Shown here piece by piece: positions 37,119 through 52,356 of a stretch of DNA of 64,000 bases. The position numbers were made by a program, and so were the translations under genes. The notes below the pieces were generated by a model that saw nothing but the letters and a program-made list of their open reading frames with translations, did not search any database and had not been told where the DNA came from. How positions within the stretch are numbered: the stretch's first letter is position 1; each line of letters begins with the position of its first letter. The stretch is from Camelus ferus (taxonomy: Eukaryota): positions 27,468,001 to 27,532,000 of the forward strand of contig NC_045696.1 in assembly GCF_009834535.1 (NCBI RefSeq), given 5' to 3'.

Positions 37119-37243
37119 GGGGAAGGACATAGCTCAAGCGCTAGAACACATGCCTAGCATGCACAGGGTCCTGGGTTCAATCCCCAGTACCTCCTCTAAA
37201 AATAAATAAGCCTAATTACCTACTTCCTCCCAATTTTTTTTTA
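37119..37243 (+). mobile_element. tRNA-derived SINE, Vic-1-like (camelid)
   Basis: GGGGAAGGACATAGCTCAAG (A box), GGTTCAATCCCCAGTACCTCC (B box) and CCTAATTACC tail. Near-perfect TSD ATTACTATGTTGCA / ATTACTACGTGGCA at 37105 and 37244. Confidence 0.88.
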
Positions 37244-40200
37244 ATTACTACGTGGCAATTTTTCTTTAATTTCCTGTCAAATTTGCTTCATTAACTATAA
37301 ATCTACTATACTATAATAGCTTTACAGATAATATACAGATTACTGGCAAAGTATAAGAATGCAAATAATTCTACTTTCCAGAATACTAATTTTTTCACTT
37401 TTTCCCCCTATCCAGAAAGACAAAGAGAAAGTAAAAATGTTTAAGTCCTGTTTTGCATATGTAAACTTTCTTAAGGGAACTTCAGGAAACCCCTTCAGGT
37501 ACTGTGAATATTAACTGTTTCCTTATCAGTCAGGAGGTTTAAATGCCTCTGTTTTCTATCAGCCAGTCTTTACAATCATAGGCACAGGCTGATGTTACTC
37601 TGAGGGGCTCACTACACTTAGAGAGCCAGTTCCACATGTATCAGAGCTTAAAAAAGTTCTTTTGGCTACTGGTACTACTGGAAGTCAACTAAATTTCCCA
37701 AGTTACGTTATTCCCAGAGGAGCTAATTAAATATTCCAAAACCTTGAAAGAAAGAAAAAACCCCAGTGAAATAGTACCAAGACTCCATTCTAAGTGCTGT
37801 GCCTTCAAATGAGTGTTTGAGGTCATGGGAACTACTTGCCTTTACAGAGAAGTTGTGTAGAAATTAGATTGGTCCTTGAAGTGGCATTCTGATCATTTAT
37901 GATGTTCCTCACACGTGGGATAAAACATTTCCAAGTTACATGTTAGATCATATCACTTACAATGGGCCAGGAATGGTGCTGGACACTTAGTCACATATGG
38001 CTCCAGAGGAGGTAGTTCTTAGGAGAGGGACCAGTGGAACAGGAAAACAAGAACATTCCAGGCTGAGGGAACAGAGGAAGGTGCCGTATCTTGGGACTGT
38101 GAGGGACTGCAGCAAACTGAACAACTGTCAACCATCAAAGCTAACATAAGCTAATCCGAACTCTCAGTTCTATGACTTGCATGGTTCATAGCCTTGACCT
38201 TGACTTAGCCATCACCAATAATTGTATTTCTTGCAAAATTTCAACTTCTACTGTTTCACCCTCCAAAATTTAACCAACTCTTCAATCTCCAAGTCTAATA
38301 TTCGTTTTTCTCTTCATCTCCATTATACACCTGTTTCAAACTAACACTGTCTCTTGCCACATGTATTTCAGCTCTCAGCTTAACTTCAATCCTTCCTCGT
38401 ACTTACCACCATTTTAAACATAAAGTTATTTGTATGGTTAGTTACTTATTTTCTGTCATCACATCCCTTTATGGTAATTCCCATGAAGGCAGAAAATGTT
38501 TCCTTTTTTGTTCACCACTGAACGGCTAGAACTAAGCAGAATGCCTGCAAAGAGTTATCTAGGAAAAAATACCAATTTTAGGGGGACAGTCTATATTTTC
38601 TTATTCTTCATGTTTTTATTTAATGCTTGACTTTTTAAAAACAGCACGTTTAATGCCCACATTGTGTAACAAGAGATCAAAGAACTTTTATGACCCTCAA
38701 AACATTCAACAAAACATTTTGCCTAACCTGACAAAAAAATTTTTAAATTGGTAATTAATGACAAGTTTAAGTTAATTTATTTTGTATTAATTTAAATTAA
38801 TTATACTAAGAATGTTTAGGCATGTTTTATTAGATCAACTTGTCATTGAACCACATTTTAAAATAAATACAAATCATCTTCAACTTTGTGTATGTGGGAA
38901 CGATGTCTAGCATTTAAATCATAAGTAAGTTAGGAGGATTAAAAGGAAGAATGATATGATGACAAGATTTAAGAGATAACCAGATCTACCTTGTTATTTT
39001 ATTGTTTTATAAAGTCAGTATTGTTGATATGAAGAGACACTGCCAAGAATTTCCCATAAATAACTAAATACTGAATTGATTTCCTGGAAACCCCAAGGGA
39101 CTTTATATCTCAGCATCAAGTAGTGTTGAAGTAATTATCTTAGTACTTTTCAGCATGTATGAACACCATCTACTTTTTGAGAAAATAGAAGGAGTGGCTC
39201 ATGAGACTGGTAAGGGAGTATGTAAACTTTAACCCCAAGATCACTTGATTGAATCTGGTCCAGGATGATGTATGTAGTAACATAATACAGGAGATGGAGG
39301 ATATTTTGTGGCATCCAATCTAGAGCTAAACTCTTCCATTTAGTCTTTATGACATAGTTATGTGTTCTAACATAGCCAATTCTCTTTTTGGCCACCTAAG
39401 AAAGAACTGAATATTAATTGAATAGTAAATAGTTTTCCCTAGAGAACATACAGTGATGTTAAGATATCCACCCAAATTTCAACAGTGGTTAACTCTGGGT
39501 AATGAGATTACAAGAACATGTATGTATTTTAAAAGACTGTGTATGTTCTATAGTGAACATATATTAGTTCTGTATTTAGAAATAAAGCACAACTTTTAAG
39601 TTATTTAAAAATGATCTCTGAAAGCTTAATAATCATATTCCTTAACCTGAGATTGGGAGTAAAGGAAAGAAAATGCATAGCATGTCCCCACTTTAAGATC
39701 TTTCCACGTATTTGCTAAAGATTAATATACAGCAGTCAAGTGAGTTGGAGGAAAAACAATAAAAGTTTTCCTAAGAAGTCAACTGAACACACTAAATCAC
39801 TTTAAGGAGAATTGTTTAATAACAAGGACAACAAAAGATCATAATATATTGAGAGCAATGGAAAAACATTACTTCAGTGGGAAATATTACTTCAAAATAT
39901 AAACATTCTACCTCAAAGTAATCACTATTAAAAAGCAGCCCAGTTAATAAAATCTGGAAAGACTTAATCTCTGATTAATTGGACTTTTTTTTTTCCTGGA
40001 AAGATAGTTCTCTGGTTTGCTGCTAAGACAGCCAGCAGATGTCTGCCTAGTCAGAAGGGAATTTCACTTCCTCAGGAGAAAACAGCTTACACAGGAAAGA
40101 AATAGCCATATGCTGACTGTGCACTGCTTAGCAGATGACTTAGAGAGCCATGTTCTACAATCGAAAGTGTGGTCAAGGTTCAAAATAATTTTCCCTAAAA

Positions 40201-43200
40201 TTCAGTGCAATTACCCAAGATCAGATTACTTATTAAATGTAAGTCGTGTCAAAGAACTGTTATCAATTTGTACCAGGCATAAAATGAAGTTCTATATTTA
40301 ATAACTGGTAATATGGATATAATGAACCCATAAAATACTTTTTTCTAAACGTTTAGTAAACTCTAGAATAGCGCTAACACAAAACAAACAAGGAAATACT
40401 ATTTATAAGATCATTTTAGAAAGCTAGGTTTGAAACTGAGTTAGATAAACAGTGAGTTTTCATAAATCTTTGAAACAACAGTATCTTCTAAATTTTCAAA
40501 TTAAAGTCCCTATCAAAATATATTATTTTCGGTTTGCAAAGAAAAATAATAATTAACAAAATTTAAAAATGCATCTGTGATTAAAAATTCTTTTCCTTTA
40601 CAGAGGTAAACTTCTAAAAATTCAAGGTGGAAACTTTAAGTATAAGGACTACTACATATTTCTTAGCATTTCAATTCTTAGACTTAATAATTGTGTGAAA
40701 TAAATTTTATTGCATCAAAACTGAGTTTTCAAGACCAAGAATACCACTCTTACCACATGGCAAGGATTAGTACCAAAAGGTTGGCCAATGCTTTTCACTA
40801 GGTCTATCTTGTTTATAATTCAAATTCAAATAAAAATGAAAATAAATAATCTTAAAGATAACCAATAAATGCAATCCTCTTGATGCATTACTTAAATTTA
40901 AATGAACATTAAAACACAGAAGACAAGAATATTGTCATTTCTATATAGAAGCAAAGGTTTTTTCACAGTCCATATTTTTTTCCCAGTGTTTGAGAGATTG
41001 ACAATTGTTAGGAACCAAGAGATCTAGTTGTTGTTACAGCTGTAAAACTTGGTTTAAAGGCAAATAAAACACAGATAAATGTTTTTTAAAGTATTACCAA
41101 CAACTGTGTTCTGAAACCCATTTTGCCTCAAGACATTTTTGTTAATGCTATTACTTTGAGCTATAGCGTCACTAAGAAATTAGATGCAATCTTTGTCTTC
41201 CTGTGTCTGAGCCTTTGGGAAGAATAAGAACAGTTCTTATTGAACTTCTGGTACCTAAACTAAGGAAATATGTAGTAATATTCTCCAGGAAATAATAAAA
41301 CCAAACTATAAAAGCACTTCACAGATTTAACCTATAACAAATATGACCCATATTTCCCTGCCCTCCTTCCCCTCCAATTATTTATGTAACATACAAAAGG
41401 CTAGTTTTGATTTTAGGATGCAAACATATTTTAAAATGCTGAATGAGCAGTAACCATTGGCTAAAATAAATATGTGAAATACACGTGAATTAAATACTAC
41501 ATATCTATTTGAAGTGCTCTGAACCACAAATTTTTTAAACACAAAAACTATTTTAACTGCAGAGTACTTAATTTTTCCCATATAACTTATGCGACCAAAT
41601 AAATACAATTTATCTAAACAAAAACATGATTTCAATTTTTACAATTTAACTATTATAAAATTATTGGAAGCAAACAGTATTCAAACTTTTTTTATAGTTT
41701 CAAATAATTATTATCACTAATAAGGATCTTATTACCTAACTCTCCTTTTAATATCAAATTATATTTGATAAATGTACAGTATCTATATGCTTCTTCCTTC
41801 TCAAGTATATAAACTGTTATTGAATACAATCTTAAAGTGTTTTCTAGAGTATCTTGTTATTCAATAAATTTTAATACTTTTTTCTCTGGAAGTTGAATTT
41901 TGGAATATGTGAGGAATATCCCATTAAAATTTGTGAACTATGCATTAAGGAACCATATATTTGAATATTTTACTGATAAAAGTTATATAATGATCTTATG
42001 TCTGGTTTCAATTTCATGATCATGTATTTGTTAACTAAGATTGCAAAAGCTTTTCCCATAATGCACCCTCAAGGTAATGGAATGTCTAACTTAGGGAAAG
42101 AACTTAACTGGAAACTAAGAGTGTCTTTTAAAATGTCTGCACAAAAGCCAGATTAGAAAAAAACAGGTCTCTAAATCCCAATGCACTAAGGATATCTTGA
42201 TCACCTGAGGTAAAAGTAGAGGTATTCTGAAAAGGAAAATCTATATGGTAAGCATTTAGATCCTCCATTCAAGTCTATAAACTTAAAAAAAAATAGTTTG
42301 ACAATGATAAAAATGTAAATAGAGTAGAAAATAACACAGAAAGGTAAGATGATCTTTGATATTTCTGTTGGTACACACTCATTTATATTAAAGAATTATA
42401 ATTCCGGAGAATAAACAATCACTGTTTTCCCCTCCTGGTGTTCAGTTTCTTACATACTACATACAGGAGTTGGCCTAGGTTATCTACATCATCTTTCTTG
42501 ATTCTCTACATTTGTTCTCAAACATTAACTTACATTTATCTTCACAGGAAAGAACTATTCTTAAATATAGAGGTGCCAAGTGTTAGAAAGGTGTTAATAT
42601 CATAACTTTGAAAGATGACTTTATCAAAACATATACTTCTTCTTATAAACAAATTGAACCGTTAAAATTCCTTTCTTTGTGCCACATTTAAAGTTGAGCT
42701 TAAAAAAGAAAAAGAAAAATAGCTTTCTGTTGTGATGATAGCTTTTATACATCTCACTGGTTTAGTTCTAAGACCTTCGTTGAGAATCAAAGCAATATGA
42801 AAAAGTACAATAAGTTAATTATCAGGTAACTATAAATAGAGAAATATAAACTTGGGTTTCACGTAAATGTTCTTAAAATGTGAATTGCTAGTTCTGACCT
42901 AGTTTTAAATGGTTACTTTAATTTTTTATTCTATCTAATTAAATTTTATACCCATATCGGACTATCTTTGGCATTTTGTCTCAACTTAAGTACCACATGG
43001 TTCTGTGAGTAAGATCAAATCATCTAAATTCTCTAGGGCAGATTTCACATTAATAATATGATTAAGTTGGAATAATCCTTCTCTAAATTCCTTTTTGTGT
43101 CTATAATTTTATAATTATCTGTGGTTCTATGTATTTATGTTCTAGTTGAATATTGGAGACAATGTTAGATATTATGAAAACTGATTTTATAACTAAAATT

Positions 43201-44134
43201 TTGAAATGTATAAATTATATTAAAATATCAATCAACCTGGAAAACATTATATATAAATATCTATATAGTTTTGTACACAATTTCATATAAAATTACAGAT
43301 AGTTAAACTAATAGTGAATTAGATCTAAATTTCATTTTTTTCTCCAATTTTTATACAAGTGTCAATTCCTGTCATACATACATATATGAAGCAGGATTCT
43401 TTCAAAGGAACAAAATTTTCTGGTTACCTCTTGAATGCTTACTGAAAATTAAAAAAAAGCCTAATTCTAATTCAAATACAATACACATCTAGACTCTAGA
43501 TGTAACCATTTAATCATTAGTCAACCAAATCCTTTTTGATGTAATGTCAAATGAGCAGCCTTTGGTATTTGTATAAATAAAGTGAACCATGAACCCCCTG
43601 CAGATTCCATCCACATGTTTTCCTCCCAGGGTGCACTACAGTAGCCATGATAATAAAGTATGAGGCATAATCATACACTTCTCTGGCTATAGCTTTAGTA
43701 AAAGTGTAATATATTTCTAAGAATTAGAAACAGTTTAAAACCATACCTTACATTACCAGTTGAAAGTATTTCTCTTCATGAAGACACATGAAAAAATCCT
43801 ACACTGTACTTTTTATATAAACATACTTAAATTCACCATATTTAAAAGGAACAAAGGAGAAGAGTAAATCCTTTTCAGTGAGAATGGTCAACAGAAAACA
43901 GCTCCAAAAGTAAAACAGTTCAGCCACTATGTATAAATCCCAATTTAGCTTGAATAACCAGCTCAGATGAGAAACGGTAGAAAATTCAAACAAATAGTAG
44001 ATTATATTCACATGCAAATGTAGAGATTTTCCTCAAGGAAAGCCTGTGATGCAGGCTTAATGTTTCATTACCACGATCAAGGCAAATGATCCCACTTGGT
44101 CCGCCCCTCCCCCAAACACAGAAAATCCATTTTA

Positions 44135-44491
<357 letters not shown>

Positions 44492-45299
44492 TCAAATCAT
44501 CACTTGAAAACAATTAAGTCTCATTTCAAAAGCCCGGGCATCAACACTACTATCTAAACACTGCATAATATTGACTTCCTCTTCCTAATCCTTCTGGTGT
44601 CCACCTTGACTATAACTTCTCATTCCTGAATCCTTTCGACCGTCCACTTAGAAAGTGCTCTTGCTAAAATTTCGCCTGTACAAATCCTGTCTGTTCTCCA
44701 AATCCCTTGTCCACAGATTCTTTCAGAACCCATCACCCTGTCTGTCTGTACTATGTCCGTGCCTGTTTCTGCAGAGGAATGTGTTACAGAATTGTTGACA
44801 ACTACAAATAATGGCATGGCTTCCCGGAATCCCTTTTTAACTAACATCAATCAACACTTTAACAAAACATATGCTATACACCAGTGAACATTTATGTTGA
44901 AATATATATGATGAAACCATTCTTTATATAGACTTTCATATCTTTTTAAATAATAAAAAAGTATATAAAATATATTGTCCCCTTAATTGATAAATTAAGC
45001 CCATTAGTCTCCAATAATTATGTTAACATTTTAGTAGACTTCAAAGATGTTAAATAATTGAGTTTAAGTAATTAAATATAATATTAAATGGAAAAGGATA
45101 GTTTTCCCTTTTTTCTACATTCTAGACCTTATGTATTATTACTTTATAAGTGAAATCTTGAGTGTGTGTGTCACAAATATTTTGTCTGTACCTTATTTTT
45201 TTCCAACAAGATTATAATCTCTAAAACAAGGATCCAGTTTCATAGTTTTGATATTCCTACCTTAGGGTTGCCATGAACAGATTTAATATGTAAAAATCT

Positions 45300-46062
45300 T
45301 AGAGAGTTCCCAGATTCAACAACCAAACCTTAAACCTTGTTCCCATCTAATGTTCTACTCTCAATGAATAATGAAAAGTAGAAACCAGTCTTCCTTGACA
45401 CCTCTCTTTCTATCCCTTAATCCTCTCCCAAATTTCTCAAATGAATCTACTCATCTCAATCTCTGCAGCCTGCTACCATCCCAGATCAAACTACTCTAGG
45501 TTCCCACCAGGATTTAGGATAGCTTTTAAATAGCTTCACTTCAGTGCAGCCAAATGAAAGCTTTGAAATGCAAATACAATCTGGCTCTTAAAATAAACTC
45601 ATTGCTCTTAAGATGAAATCCTTAACAAGACCTGCAACAGTCAGTGTGTTCATTACCCTGTCCAGCTCTCCAGACTTTCTGTCCCACTCCTTTCTCTGCT
45701 TTCTTCACCCTAGTCTTCTGTTAGTTTCACAAATATATTAGGCTTCCTCCTGCCTCAGGCCTGTGCCTGTCACAGGGTCTGGGCCCAAAATGGTCTCACC
45801 CTAGTTTATACCCAGTCTTTTAAATCTCTACCATCCCTGATCTTTACAGCAAAACGTAAATACTCCCTTAAGCAAGGGTAAAAAACTACTCTTGGCAAAA
45901 TGATCAGAATTATAATTTAAATTTATTTGATGTTCTGAATATTGTCTTGTCTTTCCCATTACTCTGTAAGATCTATGGGTCTGATTTTGCTCATGGTTGT
46001 TTCTCTGATGCTTGAGCACACTAGAGATAATAAAAATGTGTTGAGTAAATTAAAAAATGAAT
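45300..46062 (+). mobile_element. L2 LINE 3' region relic
   Basis: Pyrimidine-rich L2-like body (CTTCCTCCTGCCTCAGGCCT...) ending AAAAATGTGTTGAGTAAATTAAAAAATGAAT. Confidence 0.55.
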
Positions 46063-46729
46063 ACAGTGCTAATAGCAAGACCCTGTTTGAGTGGAATGAT
46101 CTGAAGCTTAAAAATCATGCATACTATAAAGACACTTTACAAGATTATTTTTAATTGTAACTGTACATGCATACTTTAACCTTTATTAGGCAGTAAGTTC
46201 TGCATAGAGTTTATCTATATTTCTAACTTGTAACTACTGTAATTAGTATTTTTTCTTAATGAAATCATAAAAGAGTGATGAGACTAAAAGGTCTATGACT
46301 TGCTTATATCCACCATGAAACAAAAAAATATATATAATTTGAAATGTCAAGTAACAGTTTTATAATCAGAAATATTGAGAAATAGCTTTAGTTCAGGGCA
46401 TGGTATACAGCATACTATAAATCCTCTAAGTGAAACCAGGCTCTAAAAAAGGATGAAATAAACCAGCAACTAGGGAAAAAATTACTTGGAAACTCATGGT
46501 CTTTTGCAAAGGCTATACTGAAGTCAAATGAAATTTAAATTGGATTTCAGATTACTCAATTATGAGTGCTGTAGAACTTTAGAAAATAAAGCATTATAAT
46601 ATATTACTGGCCATTATTCCAGCTGTAATTATGAAAGGTGGATGCTAATGAGGATCAACTGCTGAGGTAATATGTATTTAATTTAAGTAAATTTCATTTA
46701 TATTCACATGGGAAACAAGGATGCATACG

Positions 46730-48140
46730 TTGCTATGAGAATACAAAGAAAGGGCACTTAAGACTGCTGGAGAAAGGCAGACAGAGAAGGCATGCTGACA
46801 CATGAAACCTGAGGTGAGTCTTGAAAAATGAGTCAGGAGGGAAAGAAAGATGATTTCACTCAGAGGCACAGCTACAAAAGAATATGGTACACTTGTGGGA
46901 CCTATAGGTAAGTGAGAATGGCCTCAGTATAAGGGGGATGTCAGAGATTAGGAAGCATGTGCCTGAAGAAGCCATAATGTGATGGGCTTTGTACATCAAG
47001 CCAAAGTTCTGGAACCTATCTGAAGGCAACAAGAACATTAGTATATTTTTAAGCAAGGAATTGCTTGTAAGTTTGGCTTTAAGGAGCTCAAAATTGGTAG
47101 TCTGAAATTAGACTGTAGCAGGCTAAGCTGGGAAAGGAATAGTTAGAACGCATTTACATTCTTGAAACAATAAATTCTGAAAGCTTAAACTTGGATATTG
47201 ATAGGCAGAAGAGAAGATAGATGTGTGAATGAAAAATGTTGCCATTGCCAGCCATAGCAGTAAACAAAGGATGGTGTGGCCATTGAGTCATCAGCTACTA
47301 CTGCCACCCTGAACAGTGAGCAGAGGGAATTCAGGATGGAGACAAGCAGGGAGCCCAGCCTCCGCTGCCACCCACAGCAGTGCACCCTGAAGGGATTCAG
47401 GATGTGAGAGAAGAGGATAGTGAGCCTAGATAGCTAGGTGTATATCAAAAAAATGATTTCAATGAACCCAGACTTTTGTACCTCCCCATACGTAGAAAAG
47501 TACTAAATTTCTTAACTCAAAATATCTGGCTTTCTTTAACAATAATCTTTTGATGTTCCGACTACCTAGCCCTTGTTACAAAAACTCCTAGATATCCTGG
47601 CTCCTCCCCTATCTCTTGGGAGTAGTCCCTTAGAGTGATATCAGAGGCCACCTCCCAGGCTTGAGTCCTCAGAAAGTCCACTGTATAAAACATATGCTCA
47701 ACTTTTAGGTTATGCATTTTTTTTCAGTTGACAGAAGAATCTAGAAATAGTTATAATATCCACAGAATCCACTCACTGGCACTATGGGAGATGGAAATGA
47801 AAAATGCACAGGATGGGAGAGAAGCAGAGTGTAGAGAGATTCCCAGTTTCTGATCTGAGCAATGGGTAAGCGTAGTCCCAGTGAAGGTCAAGAGTAAAAG
47901 AATGGGATGTGGTGAGAGAAAGGACAGAAGTGATGTATTCAGCATGAGACGTGGAGAGTTTGGGATGTTTCCAGAATCTCCAAATGAAGATGACAAGTTG
48001 CCAATTAAATATCCAAGTATGACCTCAGGAAAAAAATCTCAGCTGGATCCAGAGACGAGAATCAAGTTGGAGACTGAAACTCTGGGAAAGAATAAAACTG
48101 TCCAAAGAGAGTATACAGAGGAAGTAACGGCCAATTACAG
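46730..48140 (-). mobile_element. L2 LINE relic interrupted by the 47237-47733 LTR
   Basis: Purine-rich antisense L2-like motifs on both sides of the LTR (GAGGTGAGTCTTGAAAAATGAGT; GATTCCCAGTTTCTGATCTGAGCAATGGG). Confidence 0.5.
47237..47733 (+). mobile_element. Solo LTR (ERV), inserted into an L2 relic
   Basis: TGTTG...TTTTTTCAGTTGACA termini, 497 bp, internal duplicated CACCCTGAA...ATTCAGGATG, flanks GAAAAA/GAAGAA (imperfect TSD). Confidence 0.75.
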
Positions 48141-49125
48141 AACCTGGAGATCACCCAGGCTCTGCTCAAGTACAATGGAGCACGAGACTCTCTCCATCCC
48201 TAACCTACAGTCCCAGCAGGACTTTTGGGAGTAGAGACTCAGGCCCAAGTTTTCACCATGATGTTTGTACAGCAGCATTCAGTAAAAGAGTTTCAGCAAT
48301 AAAAATGCTCTCTATTCTATTAAAGGCTGAATTTTCAAAATGCTACGTGGAACACTCTCTTCTCAGATTGTTAGCTCAAAAAAAGAGTTGTGGTTCTCAG
48401 GGTCTTTAATTTTGCTAATTCACATTATGTGCACTAGAAGAAAGGTAAAATATGCAGCATTTCTCAAACTTATTTAGTCACTGAACTCTCTGTATTTTTC
48501 TTTTTATAGGACATCCCACTTTGAATTTTGCTTCTGAGGAACATGCTTCAAAAGAAAATATACTCTGTCAGCATACAGTAATCTGGAGAGAATGAATAGG
48601 GTGAGTAAACGAAAGACTTAACTGACTGTAGAGCCAAAACTTTTGGAAATAATAAGAAAAAACATAGAAATCTCACATTTCTAATGTATAACCTTCACGA
48701 AAGGAACTTTCTGATTCCCGAGGGATATTTATGACAAGTAATTGCTTAACCTCAATAATAACAATCATAAATGGTAATCATCATCTTCATAAAAACTATA
48801 AGTTATCCTTTATTATCATGTCTAAGCAAGAGGAAGAGGAATTTAAAAGAAAACAATTATTAATTATTGCCTTTATCACAACAACATCTTTATGAGGTGA
48901 ATGTTGTTATATCTGGTATCCATCTGAGGGGAACTGAGACTCTTGGCTGTCAGTCAGCTGAAAGGTGGCAGTGGTGGGATTCAATCCTAGTCAAATTCGT
49001 AATCTTTGCTCTTTCCAAATATTCCATAAGTACTGCTAGGATTAATTTAAACTCCATTAAGAAACATGCTTTTGTTCATTCTTGTTTCCAACATTAGAAG
49101 TTGTTCATTTTGATTACTTATTTTT

Positions 49126-49355
49126 TTGTTTCATTTTCAAGTTTATTTTTTGTTAGTTTGATGCTTACTTTTTCTAATCAGATTTTTAAAATAGATTTAT
49201 TTACTTTATTTTTATTTTATTTTTGAAGGGGGAGGTAATTAGGTTTACTTATTGATTTACCTATTATTATTTTTTAATGGAAGTACTGGGGATTGAAACC
49301 AGGACCTTGTGCAAGCTAAGCACACACTCCACCAGTGTGCTATACTCTCCCCACC
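49126..49355 (-). mobile_element. tRNA-derived SINE, Vic-1-like, with long A-rich tail
   Basis: Reverse complement of the same SINE (GGGGGAGGTAATTAGG...GTACTGGGGATTGAAACC...GCTATACTCTCCCC). GATTACTTATTTTT is repeated at 49112 and 49356. Confidence 0.85.
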
Positions 49356-52169
49356 GATTACTTATTTTTAAAATGTAGATAATAAAAATAGCAAGAAGCA
49401 GTTAAACCTGATGCATCTAATTTTGTTCTTCCAATGCATTCAAGAATATCTAACTGTAAATCATGTGATTTCATAGGCACTTAACTCAGTGAAGACCTTC
49501 ATGATAAATAAAAGGGGATATAAAGCTTTCCTTGTACTGTGTGATCTTCTCTAAAAATGAGTTTGCATTTTTGAGTAAATATCCTATAGTATCAGTTTTT
49601 AATATCTTAGAACCTCAACTCGTATGTACTGTTTGCACAATTAAAATTAAGTATCACTGATCCCCGGTTTTTCCACTAACACACTTTGAGGGAAAAGTCA
49701 CCTAACTTGTATCAATGACTGTGACTCACTTTCTCAAAGGAGGACTCTGAGGGAGTTACACCAAGAACAAGTAGAGAAGAACATATATCAATCACAGAAG
49801 AGTGTAGAGGAAAGAGCCCTGGTGACTGTAATCTTTCTCCTTAAAAGTGGTACCGCTCTCCACTTCGTCACACACCTCTCTTTATATTCTTGACTCACTA
49901 TTCATAAAAAAACCTTTCTTCAATCATAATTTGTGAGTTCCTATAAACCACCACCTGACAACTATCATTTTAGTTATGCTAATTTGGGTATTTTTTATGT
50001 AATAAGGTTTATATTACACTTGGCAAAACCAACTTCAAGGTTTCAACTACATTCTACGTAGGAAACTAAAAAGTTACAAAGAAGAAAGGGGCTGATGGAG
50101 TGAGGCTTTCACAAGGCACCAGGATGATAATATCAGCTGTCCTTGGCAAGAATCCTGGTAGAACCTTGGGAATATAACACAACTGACTTTAGGCAAGGCC
50201 AGCATCAGGGAGAAGGACAGGGAAGGATTCCTTCAACAACTGCCCGGTTGGAAGATAAAATATAAACATGAGTGACTGAAATATCTAAACATTTACACAA
50301 CCACAGCTGGAAAAAGATACACACGTAAGTGCTAAGTATTTCAAGGAAATGTATCAAAGTCACATGAGATTTATTACGAGGAAACCAAACTCCTGGTTGG
50401 ATGTAAACTGTTTCCCCCTTTAAGACATCACATTTACAGAAACACAAGCAAGGAACCATTTAAGAGACTGCTTTCAATACTCTGTTGAAGTATGCAAAAG
50501 ATTCAAATATATAATTTTATTCTTTTTTCAAATGTATGATTTTATTCTTTTTTCCTAGTATGTGTCTCAGGGTTTTATTTGTTTATGTTTTCAAGTCTGT
50601 TTCTTCTTAGCAGATTGTGCAAAGCAGTATTTATTTTATTAACAAAGACCTGTTTGGATCCAAATTTCTTTGGTAGGTATTTCTTATTCTTTGGTAGGTA
50701 AAATGAGAAAACCTAAAATGATTAAAATATCCATTTGTATCATATATCATATGTGCAGCACAAGAATGCTTGCAACATTGCTAAAAGCAGAAGAGAAACA
50801 AATTCAGTGAGTAGTTGACAGATGCACAATGAATATTAAAAGACAATTTGGTGACATTTGCCCAAGAAGAGGGGGGTGTATATATTTGCCTTGACAACAT
50901 ACCTATATTTGTAAAAAAAATACCTATATTCTTAAAAGAGACTTGCCTTTTAACCTTTTTATTTAAGCTCCATTTACATTAAAGAGCAAAAGTCCTCTAA
51001 TTATTAACATAAATCCTATCACAAATACCAATCCTGTAATTTTCTTGTCAGAATTTCATCCTACAAGGAGATATTTGTTAAGAATAAGACGACAGCACCC
51101 ATTAATGACTCACTGTATAGAGAGTAGACTTAAATATCCTCTAGTGAGTTAGACACATTTCCCAAATACTCACTCTCACTGTACTAGCTACAAAAACAGA
51201 GCATACTCTACAGAAAAACTAAGTAATTTCACCTGAAATTATACAGCATAAAGAAACACAAAGAAACAATGCATTAAAATAATTGTATGATTAATAGATC
51301 GAGTCATTTTTCCTTAGGTACTTTGTTCCATCCTAATTTCCCTTGATTGTCACTCTACCTAACGAATGGAGGAGGGAGATCTTTTCTTGTCAAAATTTGG
51401 AATAGTCCTAATAATTAACTGAGTGCCATTGATACTGTCTGCTATCATCTAAAATGATTACCATTATAGACCAAAATGAAATTCCAGGAGGGAATCCTTG
51501 GTGGTTTTGTAATATTTCTATAGAATCTAATATTATATGTCTGTGTCCCCAGAGATGTGAGAAAGACTGACAGTAGCATAAGTTAAATTTTAGAAACAAT
51601 ATTGCTTGCCCTTCCCCCTGTTTTTAATAATATGGTCATGGAAAAAAATATTGCAGAAGGTGCCATGGCATTAACTGCAAGAATTGCCTCAGCTAACTCA
51701 AAGCAGCAAGGATTTCTCTATGAGTTGTAACTGAAGGGACTGGAGGGTTGAGTTGTTTCGTTGAGTTCATGTTTCCTATCTGCCTTTTTTGGTAAAATTT
51801 CCAATTAACATGTAAACAAGAGGATTTTACTTTCTATAAAACACCAAACAAAAATATCTGCATATCTTAAAGTCCAAATTCTCTCACTACCTTATCCATT
51901 GGTATACCTACACATCATGCCTTGCATTAAGAACTGTGCTAGCATTGGCAACACAAAGAAAAACTGAAATAAAATCCCTGACCTTCACAGCCAGAAGTTT
52001 ACCAAAATAGACAGAAATATTAATAAGGATAATATTGGAAAATACGAGCTATAGAAGGAGAGGTAATAGGAGGAAAAACCAGACTCCAGAAGGAAGGAAT
52101 TGCATCCACAAGAAAGCATTAACTAATACAGCATTTGTGAAGATATGTTAATACATCCAGAGAATGGAT

Positions 52170-52310
52170 TCAGTTTGACTCGGTTTAAATCTAGGCTCTG
52201 CTACTTGTTAGCTGTGTGAACTTGGATAAAATACTTACCCTCTCTGAAAGTTACTTTCTTCATCTGTAAATGAATATAAAAATAATACCTATACTTTATA
52301 GATTAGCATA
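52170..52310 (+). mobile_element. MIR SINE
   Basis: GGTTTAAATCTAGGCTCTGCTACTTGTTAGCTGTGTGAACTTGG...CTTCATCTGTAAATG. Confidence 0.72.
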
Positions 52311-52356
52311 ATTTCTGATGCACAAAATAATATGGCATTAACCAATGGGTTAGAAC

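Noticed and set aside
37119..37195. tRNA gene-like A and B boxes
   Set aside because: It has a SINE tail and TSDs and recurs at 31668 and 49126, so it is a SINE rather than a tRNA.
47881..48234. 117-aa plus-strand ORF
   Set aside because: GTG start, lies in purine-rich L2-like sequence, with no recognisable domain or splice context.
50666..50700. Short direct duplications here (TTCTTTGGTAGGTA x2) and near 19699, 27039 and 55485
   Set aside because: Two-copy slippage duplications with no spacer array, so not CRISPR-like or functional on present evidence.
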